From assembly GCA_964016885.1 (NCBI GenBank), contig OZ024741.1:262260001-262324000 (forward strand): a stretch of DNA of 64,000 nt, in the 5' to 3' direction. The translations under genes and the position numbers were made by a program. Below are positions 54,001-64,000 of the stretch, one piece after another. This DNA comes from Eledone cirrhosa. Lineage: Eukaryota. The number at the start of each line of letters is the position of its first letter. Within the stretch, counting starts at the first letter, position 1. The notes below the pieces were generated by a model. It made no database searches. It worked only from the letters and a program-made list of their open reading frames with translations, and had not been told where the DNA came from.

Positions 54001-57000
54001 TTGACATACGAGTGTTTCGACTGACGAGTGTTTCGATACGAGTGTTTCGACTTACGAGTGTTCTGACTTACGAGTGTTCTGACTTACGAGTGTTCTGACT
54101 TACGAGTGTTCCGACTTACGAGTGTTCCGACTTACGAGTGTTTCGGCTTACGAGTGTTTCGGCTTACGAGTGTTTCGACTTACGAGTGTTTCGACTTACG
54201 AGTGTTCCGACTTACGGGTGTTTCGACTTACGAGTGTTTTGGCTTACGGTGTTTCGGCTTACGAGTGTTTCGAGTTACGAGTGTTTTGACTTACGCGTGT
54301 TTTGACATACGAGTGTTTCGATACGAGTGTTCTGACTTACGAGTGTTCTGACTTACGAGTGTTCCGACTTTACGAGTGTTTCGGCTCACGAGTGTTTCGG
54401 CTTACGAGTGTTTCGACTTACGAAAATAACAAATAGACGCGGTTTCAAATCTCTATGCTTTTCAAATTCATTACATTAATCTTTATTTATACGTTTCGCT
54501 TTACGAGTGTTTCGACTTACGAGTGTTTCGGCTTACGTGAGTTTCGACTTAAGAGTGTTCTGATTTACGAGTGTTCTGACTTGCGGGTGTTCTGATTTAC
54601 GAGTGTTCCGACTTACGAGGGTTCTGACTTACGAGTGTTCCGAATTACGAGTGTTTCGGCTATGAGTGTTTCGACTTATGGGTGCTTCGACTTACGAGTG
54701 TTTTTACTTACGGTGTTTCGGCTTACGAGTGTTTCGACATACGAGTGTTTTGACTTACGGGTGTTTCGACTTACGAGTGTTTTGACTTACGAATGTTTTT
54801 ACTTACGGGTGTTTCGGCTTACGAGTGTTTCGACTTACGAGTGTTTCGGCTTACGAGTGTTTCGACTTACTAATGTTTTTACTTACGAGTGTTTCGGCGT
54901 ACGAGAGTTTTGACTTACGAGTGTTTCGACTTACGAGTGTTCTGACTTACGAGTGTTCCGAGTTACGAGTGTTCCGACTTACGAGTGTTTCGGCTTACGA
55001 GTGTTTCGGCTTACGAGTGTTTCGCCTTACGAGTGTTCCGACTTACGGGTGCTTCGACTTACGAGTGTTTGGGCTTACGGTATTTCGGCTTACGAGTGTT
55101 TCGAGTTACGAGTGTTTTGACTTACGCGTGTTTTGACATACGAGTTTTTCGATACGAGTGTTCTTACTTACGAGTGTTCTGATTACGAGTGTTCTGACTT
55201 ACGAGTGTTCCGACTTTACGAGTGTTTCGGCTCACGAGTGTTTCGGCTTACGAGTGTTTCGACTTACGAAAATAACAAATAGACGCGGTTTCAAATCTCT
55301 ATGCTTTTCAAATTCATTACATTAATCTTTATTTATACGTTTCGCTTTACGAGTGTTTCGACTTACGAGTGTTTCGACATACGAGTGTTTCGACTTACGA
55401 ATGTTTTTGCTTACGAGTGTTTCGGCTTACGAGTGTTCCGACTTACGAGTGTTTCGGCTTACGAGTGTTTCCGGCTTACGAGTGTTTCGACTTACGGGTG
55501 TTTCGACTCACGAGTGTTCTGATTTACGAGTGTTCTGACTTGCGGGTGTTCTGATTTACGAGTGTTCCGACTTACGAGGGTTCTGACTTACGAGTGTTCC
55601 GACTTACGAGTGTTTCGGCTATGAGTGTTTCGACTTATGGGTGTTTCGACTTACGAGTGTTTTTACTTACGGTGTTTCGGCTTACGAGTGTTTCGACATA
55701 CGAGTGTTTTGACTTACGGGTGTTTCGACTTACGAGTGTTTTGACTTACGAATGTTTTGACTTACGGGTGTTTCGGCTTACGAGTGTTTCGACTTACGAG
55801 TGTTTCGGCTTACGAGTGTTTCGACTTACTAATGTTTTTACTTACGAGTGTTTCGGCGTACGAGAGTTTTGACTTACGAGTGTTTCGACTTACGAGTGTT
55901 CTGACTTACGAGTGTTGCGACTTACGAGTGTTCCGACTTACGAGTGTTTCGGCTTACGAGTGTTTCGGCTTACGAGTGTTTCGCCTTACGAGTGTTCCGA
56001 CTTACGGGTGCTTCGACTTACGAGTGTTTGGGCTTACGGTATTTCGGCTTACGAGTGTTTCGAGTTACGAGTGTTTTGACTTACGCGTGATTTGACATAC
56101 GAGTTTTTCGATACGAGTGTTCTGACTTACGAGTGTTCTGATTACGAGTGTTCTGACTTACGAGTGTTCCGACTTTACGAGTGTTTCGGCTCACGAGTGT
56201 TTCGGCTTACGAGTGTTTCGACTCACGAAAATAACAAATAGACGTGGTTTCAAATCTCTATGCTTTTCAAATTCATTACATTAATCTTTATTTATACGTT
56301 TCGCTTTACGAGTGTTTCGACTTACGAGTGTTTCGACATACGAGTGTTTCGACTTACGAATGTTTTTGCTTACGAGTGTTTCGGCTTACGAGTGTTCCGA
56401 CTTACGAGTGTTCCGACTTACGAGTGTTTCGGCTTACGAGTGTTTCCGGCTTACGAGTGTTTTGACTTACGGGTGTTTTGACTTACGGGTGTTTCGGCTT
56501 ACGAGTTTTTCGACTTACGAGTGTTTTGACTTACGAGTGATCTGATTTACGGATGTTTCGACATACGAGTGTTTCGACTTACGAGTGTTTCGACTTACGA
56601 GTGTTCCGACTTACGAGTGTTTCGGCTTACGAGTGTTTTGGGTTACGAGTGTTTCGACATACGAGTGTTTCGACTTACGAGTGTTCCGACTAACGAGTGT
56701 TCCGACTTACGAGTGTTTCGGCTTACGAGTGTTTCGGCTTACCAGTGTTTCGACTTACGAGTGTTTTAACTTACGTGTGTTTCGGCTTACGAGTGTTTCG
56801 ACTTACCAGTGTTTTTACTTACGGTGTTTCGGCTTACGAGTGTTTCGACATACGAGTGTTTTGACTTAAGGGTGTTTCGACTTACGAGTGTTTCGACTTA
56901 CGAGTGTTTCGGCTTACGAGTGTTTTGACTTAAGGATGTTTCGACTTACGAGTGTTTCGATACGAGTGTTTCGACTTACGAGTGTTTTGACTTACGCTGT

Positions 57001-58680
57001 GTCGGCTTACGAGTGTTTCGACTTACGAGTGTTTTGACTTACGGGTGTTTTGACATACGATTGTTTCGATACGAGTGTTCTGACTTACGAGTGTTCTGAC
57101 TTACGTGTTTTGACTTACGAGTGTTCTGACTTACGAGTGTTCCGACTTACGAGTGTTCCGACTTACGAGTGTTTCGGCTTACGAGTGTTTCCGGCTTACG
57201 AGTGTTTCGACTTACGAGTGTTTTGACTTACGGTGTTTCGGCTTACGAGTGATTCGACTTACGAATGTTTTGACTTACGGGTGTTTCGGCTTGCGAGTGT
57301 TTCGACTTACGAGTGTTTCGGCTTATGAGTGTTTCGACTTACTAATGTTTTTACTTACGAGTGTTTCGGCGTACGAGTGTTTTGACTTACGAGTGTTTCG
57401 ACTTACGAGTGTTTTGACTTACGAATGTTTTGACTTACGGGTGTTTCGACTTACGAGTGTTTCGACTTACGAGTGTTTCGGCTTGCGAGTGTTCCGACTT
57501 ACTAATGTTTTTACTTAAGAGTGTTTCGGCGTACGAGTGTTTCGACTTACGAGTGTTTCGACTTACGGGTGCTTTGACTTAAGGGTGTTTCGACTTACGA
57601 GTGTTTCGACTTACGAGTGTTTCGGCTTACGAGTGTTTTGACTTAAGGATGTTTCGACTTACGAGTGTTTCGATACGAGTGTTTCGACTTACGAGTGTTT
57701 CGACTTACGAGTGTTTCGACTTACGAATGTTCTGACTTACGAGTGCTCTGACTTACGAGTGTTCTGATTTACGAGTGTTCTGACTTACGAGTGTTCTGAC
57801 TTACGAGCGTTCTGATTTACGAGTGTTCCGACTTACGAGTGTTTCGGCTTACGAGTGTTTCGACATACGAGTGTTTCGACTTAGGAGTGTTCCGACTAAC
57901 GAGTGTTCCGACATACGGTGTTTCGGCTTACGAGTGATTCGACTTACGAGTGTTTTGACTTACGGGTGTTTTGACTTACGGGTGTTGTGAATTACGAGTG
58001 TTCCGATTTACGAGTGTTTTGACTTACGGTGTTTCGGCTTACGAGTGTTTTCAGCTTACGAGTGATTCGACTTACGAGTGTTTTGACTTACGGGTGTTTT
58101 GACTTACGGGTGTTGTGAATTACGAGTGTTCCGATTTACGAGTGTTTTGACTTACGGTGTTTAGGCTTACGAGTGTTTCGATTTACGAGTGTTTCGGCTT
58201 ATGAGCGTTTCGACTTACGAGTGTTTTGACTTACGGGTGTTTTGACATACGAGTGTTTCGACTGACGAGTGTTTCGATACGAGTGTTTCGACTTACGAGT
58301 GTTCTGACTTACGAGTGTTCTGACTTACGAGTGTTCTGACTTACGAGTGTTCCGACTTACGAGTGTTCCGACTTACGAGTGTTTCGGCTTACGAGTGTTT
58401 CGGCTTACGAGTGTTTCGACTTACGAGTGTTTCGACTTACGAGTGTTCCGACTTAGGGGTGTTTCGACTTACGAGTGTTTTGGCTTACGGTGTTTCGGCT
58501 TACGAGTGTTTCGAGTTACGAGTGTTTTGACTTACGCGTGTTTTGACATACGAGTGTTTCGATACGAGTGTTCTGACTTACGAGTGTTCTGACTTACGAG
58601 TGTTCTGACTTACGAGTGTTCCGACTTTACGAGTGTTTCGGCTCACGAGTGTTTCGGCTTACGAGTGTTTCGACTTACGA

Positions 58681-61600
58681 AAATAACAAATAGACGCGGT
58701 TTCAAATCTCTATGCTTTTCAAATTCATTACATTAATCTTTATTTATACGTTTCGCTTTACGAGTGTTTCGACTTACGAGTGTTTCGGCTTACGTGAGTT
58801 TCGACTTAAGAGTGTTCTGATTTACGAGTGTTCTGACTTGCGGGTGTTCTGATTTACGAGTGTTCCGACTTACGAGGGTTCTGACTTACGAGTGTTCCGA
58901 ATTACGAGTGTTTCGGCTATGAGTGTTTCGACTTATGGGTGTTTCGACTTACGAGTGTTTTTACTTACGGTGTTTCGGCTTACGAGTGTTTCGACATACG
59001 AGTGTTTTGACTTACGGGTGTTTCGACTTACGAGTGTTTTGACTTACGAATGTTTTTACTTACGGGTGTTTCGGCTTACGAGTGTTTCGACTTACGAGTG
59101 TTTCGGCTTACGAGTGTTTCGACTTACTAATGTTTTTACTTACGAGTGTTTCGGCGTACGAGAGTTTTGACTTACGAGTGTTTCGACTTATGAGTGTTCT
59201 GACTTACGAGTGTTCCGAGTTACGAGTGTTCCGACTTACGAGTGTTTCGGCTTACGAGTGTTTCGGCTTACGAGTGTTTCGCCTTACGAGTGTTCCGACT
59301 TACGGGTGCTTCGACTTACGAGTGTTTGGGCTTACGGTATTTCGGCTTACGAGTGTTTCGAGTTACGAGTGTTTTGACTTACGCGTGTTTTGACATACGA
59401 GTTTTTCGATACGAGTGTTCTTACTTACGAGTGTTCTGATTACGAGTGTTCTGACTTACGAGTGTTCCGACTTTACGAGTGTTTCGGCTCACGAGTGTTT
59501 CGGCTTACGAGTGTTTCGACTTACGAAAATAACAAATAGACGCGGTTTCAAATCTCTATGCTTTTCAAATTCATTACATTAATCTTTATTTATACGTTTC
59601 GCTTTACGAGTGTTTCGACTTACGAGTGTTTCGACATACGAGTGTTTCGACTTACGAATGTTTTTGCTTACGAGTGTTTCGGCTTACGAGTGTTCCGACT
59701 TACGAGTGTTTCGGCTTACGAGTGTTTCCGGCTTACGAGTGTTTCGACTTACGGGTGTTTCGACTCACGAGTGTTCTGATTTACGAGTGTTCTGACTTGC
59801 GGGTGTTCTGATTTACGAGTGTTCCGACTTACGAGGGTTCTGACTTACGAGTGTTCCGACTTACGAGTGTTTCGGCTATGAGTGTTTCGACTTATGGGTG
59901 TTTCGACTTACGAGTGTTTTTACTTACGGTGTTTCGGCTTACGAGTGTTTCGACATACGAGTGTTTCGACTTACGAGTGTTTCGACTTACGAATGTTCTG
60001 ACTTACGAGTGCTCTGACTTACGAGTGTTCTGATTTACGAGTGTTCTGACTTACGAGTGTTCTGACTTACGAGCGTTCTGATTTACGAGTGTTCCGACTT
60101 ACGAGTGTTTCGGCTTACGAGTGTTTCGGCATACGAGTGTTTCGACTTAGGAGTGTTCCGACTAACGAGTGTTCCGACATACGGTGTTTCGGCTTACGAG
60201 TGATTCGACTTACGAGTGTTTTGACTTACGGGTGTTTTGACTTACGGGTGTTGTGAATTACGAGTGTTCCGATTTACGAGTGTTTTGACTTACGGTGTTT
60301 CGGCTTACGAGTGTTTTCAGCTTACGAGTGATTCGACTTACGAGTGTTTTGACTTACGGGTGTTTTGACTTACGGGTGTTGTGAATTACGAGTGTTCCGA
60401 TTTACGAGTGTTTTGACTTACGGTGTTTAGGCTTACGAGTGTTTCGATTTACGAGTGTTTCGGCTTATGAGCGTTTCGACTTACGAGTGTTTTGACTTAC
60501 GCGTGTTTTGACATACGAGTGTTTCGACTGACGAGTGTTTCGATACGAGTGTTTCGACTTACGAGTGTTCTGACTTACGAGTGTTCTGACTTACGAGTGT
60601 TCTGACTTACGAGTGTTCCGACTTACGAGTGTTCCGACTTACGAGTGTTTCGGCTTACGAGTGTTTCGGCTTACGAGTGTTTCGACTTACGAGTGTTTCG
60701 ACTTACGAGTGTTCCGACTTACGGGTGTTTCGACTTACGAGTGTTTTGGCCTACGGTGTTTCGGCTTACGAGTGTTTCGAGTTACGAGTGTTTTGACTTA
60801 CGCGTGTTTTGACATACGAGTGTTTCGATACGAGTGTTCTGACTTACGAGTGTTCTGACTTACGAGTGTTCTGACTTACGAGTGTTCCGACTTTACGAGT
60901 GTTTCGGCTCACGAGTGTTTCGGCTTACGAGTGTTTCGACTTACGAAAATAACAAATAGACGCGGTTTCAAATCTCTATGCTTTTCAAATTCATTACATT
61001 AATCTTTATTTATACGTTTCGCTTTACGAGTGTTTCGACTTACGAGTGTTTCGGCTTACGTGAGTTTCGACTTAAGAGTGTTCTGATTTACGAGTGTTCT
61101 GACTTGCGGGTGTTCTGATTTACGAGTGTTCCGACTTACGAGGGTTCTGACTTACGAGTGTTCCGAATTACGAGTGTTTCGGCTATGAGTGTTTCGACTT
61201 ATGGGTGTTTCGACTTACGAGTGTTTTTACTTACGGTGTTTCGGCTTACGAGTGTTTCGACATACGAGTGTTTTGACTTACGGGTGTTTCGACTTACGAG
61301 TGTTTTGACTTACGAATGTTTTTACTTACGGGTGTTTCGGCTTACGAGTGTTTCGACTTACGAGTGTTTCGGCTTACGAGTGTTTCGACTTACTAATGTT
61401 TTTACTTACGAGTGTTTCGGCGTACGAGAGTTTTGACTTACGAGTGTTTCGACTTATGAATGTTCTGACTTACGAGTGTTCCGAGTTACGAGTGTTCCGA
61501 CTTACGAGTGTTTCGGCTTACGAGTGTTTCGGCTTACGAGTGTTTCGCCTTACGAGTGTTCCGACTTACGGGTGCTTCGACTTACGAGTGTTTGGGCTTA

Positions 61601-63212
61601 CGGTATTTCGGCTTACGAGTGTTTCGAGTTACGAGTGTTTTGACTTACGCGTGTTTTGACATACGAGTTTTTCGATACGAGTGTTCTTACTTACGAGTGT
61701 TCTGATTACGAGTGTTCTGACTTACGAGTGTTCCGACTTTACGAGTGTTTCGGCTCACGAGTGTTTCGGCTTACGAGTGTTTCGACTTACGAAAATAACA
61801 AATAGACGCGGTTTCAAATCTCTATGCTTTTCAAATTCATTACATTAATCTTTATTTATACGTTTCGCTTTACGAGTGTTTCGACTTACGAGTGTTTCGA
61901 CATACGAGTGTTTCGACTTACGAATGTTTTTGCTTACGAGTGTTTCGGCTTACGAGTGTTCCGACTTACGAGTGTTTCGGCTTACGAGTGTTTCCGGCTT
62001 ACGAGTGTTTCGACTTACGGGTGTTTCGACTCACGAGTGTTCTGATTTACGAGTGTTCTGACTTGCGGGTGTTCTGATTTACGAGTGTTCCGACTTACGA
62101 GGGTTCTGACTTACGAGTGTTCCGACTTACGAGTGTTTCGGCTATGAGTGTTTCGACTTATGGGTGTTTCGACTTACGAGTGTTTTTACTTACGGTGTTT
62201 CGGCTTACGAGTGTTTCGACATACGAGTGTTTCGACTTACGAGTGTTTCGACTTACGAATGTTCTGACTTACGAGTGCTCTGACTTACGAGTGTTCTGAT
62301 TTACGAGTGTTCTGACTTACGAGTGTTCTGACTTACGAGCGTTCTGATTTACGAGTGTTCCGACTTACGAGTGTTTCGGCTTACGAGTGTTTCGGCATAC
62401 GAGTGTTTCGACTTAGGAGTGTTCCGACTAACGAGTGTTCCGACATACGGTGTTTCGGCTTACGAGTGATTCGACTTACGAGTGTTTTGACTTACGGGTG
62501 TTTTGACTTACGGGTGTTGTGAATTACGAGTGTTCCGATTTACGAGTGTTTTGACTTACGGTGTTTCGGCTTACGAGTGTTTTCAGCTTACGAGTGATTC
62601 GACTTACGAGTGTTTTGACTTACGGGTGTTTTGACTTACGGGTGTTGTGAATTACGAGTGTTCCGATTTACGAGTGTTTTGACTTACGGTGTTTAGGCTT
62701 ACGAGTGTTTCGATTTACGAGTGTTTCGGCTTATGAGCGTTTCGACTTACGAGTGTTTTGACTTACGCGTGTTTTGACATACGAGTGTTTCGACTGACGA
62801 GTGTTTCGATACGAGTGTTTCGACTTACGAGTGTTCTGACTTACGAGTGTTCTGACTTACGAGTGTTCTGACTTACGAGTGTTCCGACTTACGAGTGTTC
62901 CGACTTACGAGTGTTTCGGCTTACGAGTGTTTCGGCTTACGAGTGTTTCGACTTACGAGTGTTTCGACTTACGAGTGTTCCGACTTACGGGTGTTTCGAC
63001 TTACGAGTGTTTTGGCTTACGGTGTTTCGGCTTACGAGTGTTTCGAGTTACGAGTGTTTTGACTTACGCGTGTTTTGACATACGAGTGTTTCGATACGAG
63101 TGTTCTGACTTACGAGTGTTCTGACTTACGAGTGTTCTGACTTACGAGTGTTCCGACTTTACGAGTGTTTCGGCTCACGAGTGTTTCGGCTTACGAGTGT
63201 TTCGACTTACGA
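58681..63212 (+). repeat. 2266-bp HOR (846 + 1420 bp), two full copies, continuing to the window end
   Basis: 58681 to 60947 to 63213 and 59527 to 61793 are all 2266 apart; ORF landmarks at 58347/60613/62879 share this offset. Confidence 0.9.
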
Positions 63213-64000
63213 AAATAACAAATAGACGCGGTTTCAAATCTCTATGCTTTTCAAATTCATTACATTAATCTTTATTTATACGTTTCGCTTTACGAGTGTT
63301 TCGACTTACGAGTGTTTCGGCTTACGTGAGTTTCGACTTAAGAGTGTTCTGATTTACGAGTGTTCTGACTTGCGGGTGTTCTGATTTACGAGTGTTCCGA
63401 CTTACGAGGGTTCTGACTTACGAGTGTTCCGAATTACGAGTGTTTCGGCTATGAGTGTTTCGACTTATGGGTGCTTCGACTTACGAGTGTTTTTACTTAC
63501 GGTGTTTCGGCTTACGAGTGTTTCGACATACGAGTGTTTTGACTTACGGGTGTTTCGACTTACGAGTGTTTTGACTTACGAATGTTTTTACTTACGGGTG
63601 TTTCGGCTTACGAGTGTTTCGACTTACGAGTGTTTCGGCTTACGAGTGTTTCGACTTACTAATGTTTTTACTTACGAGTGTTTCGGCGTACGAGAGTTTT
63701 GACTTACGAGTGTTTCGACTTACGAGTGTTCTGACTTACGAGTGTTGCGACTTACGAGTGTTCCGACTTACGAGTGTTTCGGCTTACGAGTGTTTCGGCT
63801 TACGAGTGTTTCGACTTACGAGTGTTCCGACTTACGGGTGCTTCGACTTACGAGTGTTTGGGCTTACGGTATTTCGGCTTACGAGTGTTTCGAGTTACGA
63901 GTGTTTTGACTTACGCGTGTTTTGACATACGAGTTTTTCGATACGAGTGTTCTGACTTACGAGTGTTCTGATTACGAGTGTTCTGACTTACGAGTGTTCC

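Larger units (their letters stand above)
5486..63281. repeat. Dispersed 69-bp AT-rich cassette (AAATAACAAATAGAC-NN-GGTTTCAAATCTCTATGCTTTTCAAATTCATTACATTAATCTTTATTTATAC), 38 copies embedded in the satellite
   Basis: Starts read from the sequence: 5486, 7134, 8444, 9103, 11376, 13433, 13723, 14477, 15787, 16446, 18719, 20992, 23185, 24235, 24894, 27167, 29440, 31713, 33906, 35845, 37248, 38094, 38940, 41440, 42286, 43245, 46080, 46926, 50522, 51368, 54424, 55270, 56229, 58681, 59527, 60947, 61793, 63213. About 25% GC. It lies between ...TACGA/CACGA and GTTTCGCTTTACG (the first copy has slightly variant flanks). Confidence 0.96.
1..64000 (+). repeat. Satellite DNA array, 16-bp monomer consensus GACTTACGAGTGTTTC, head-to-tail, open at both window edges
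   Basis: The motif ttcgacttacgagtgt recurs with ~16-bp period throughout. Common variants are TTTCGG, TTTTGA, TTCCGA, TTCTGA, ACGGGT, ACGAAT and GACATACG, plus 14/15/17-bp indel monomers. No inverted segment was seen. Confidence 0.99.
35845..64000 (+). repeat. Right-hand HOR domain: conserved 846-bp (or 959-bp) module alternating with a 1.4-3.6-kb variable module
   Basis: Successive cassette spacings: 1403, 846, 846, 2500, 846, 959, 2835, 846, 3596, 846, 3056, 846, 959, 2452, 846, 1420, 846, 1420. Confidence 0.9.

Noticed and set aside
5486-63281. CRISPR-like appearance: a conserved cassette containing GTTTCAAAT (reverse ATTTGAAAC) recurring along the window
   Set aside because: The intervening DNA is 0.2-3.5 kb of satellite rather than unique 30-40-bp spacers, the 69-bp unit is too long, there are no cas genes, and the 16-bp monomers have no spacers.
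96-63971. Numerous + strand ORFs of 60-242 aa
   Set aside because: They are translations of the 16-bp satellite, overlap in all three frames with the same peptide, mostly start at the GTG within the monomer, and show no domain or codon structure.
1-64000. Telomerase-type telomeric repeat (G/T-biased strand; variants TACGGATGT and GGTGT recall budding-yeast telomeres; single TTAGGC in some units)
   Set aside because: The consensus has no G-runs, and the heterogeneous monomers are copied in kb-scale HORs, which indicates recombination rather than templated synthesis. The yeast-like and TTAGGC words are rare variants. A subtelomeric or non-telomerase terminal location is not excluded.
1-64000. 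Canonical CENP-B box or identity with a named satellite family
   Set aside because: The monomer shares only TTCG and a second CG with the 17-bp box, at different spacing. I do not recognise the family with confidence, so no name, organism or centromere call is made.
1-64000. Pure sequencing artefact or synthetic concatemer
   Set aside because: Rare variants recur faithfully at fixed kb-scale offsets and form a consistent nested history, which random error would not produce. The exact copy number could still be mis-assembled.

Overview
The whole 64-kb window is one uninterrupted, single-orientation satellite array built on a 16-bp monomer (consensus GACTTACGAGTGTTTC, roughly 3,800-3,900 copies by arithmetic). 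I see no genes, RNA genes, CRISPR arrays or intact mobile elements. All listed ORFs are translation artefacts: the + strand consensus has no stop codon and 16 is not divisible by 3, so every frame reads DLRVFRLTSVSTYECF. The only non-satellite sequence is a 69-bp AT-rich cassette, which I count 38 times (starts 5486 to 63213), always in the same orientation and at the same phase of the monomer. By eye it varies at only two adjacent bases (four alleles), and its minus strand carries TATA-box-like and poly(A)-signal-like motifs. Using the cassette and rare monomer variants as landmarks, the array resolves into nested higher-order repeats (HORs): (1) a cassette-free, more diverged left zone (1-5485); (2) a middle zone with a 2273/2193-bp HOR inside 6.3-10.7-kb super-repeats (~6-35.7 kb); (3) a right zone built from an 846-bp module plus a variable-length module, ending in a 2266-bp HOR. 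This looks like eukaryotic heterochromatic, possibly centromeric or subtelomeric, satellite DNA. The organism and function cannot be determined from the sequence alone.
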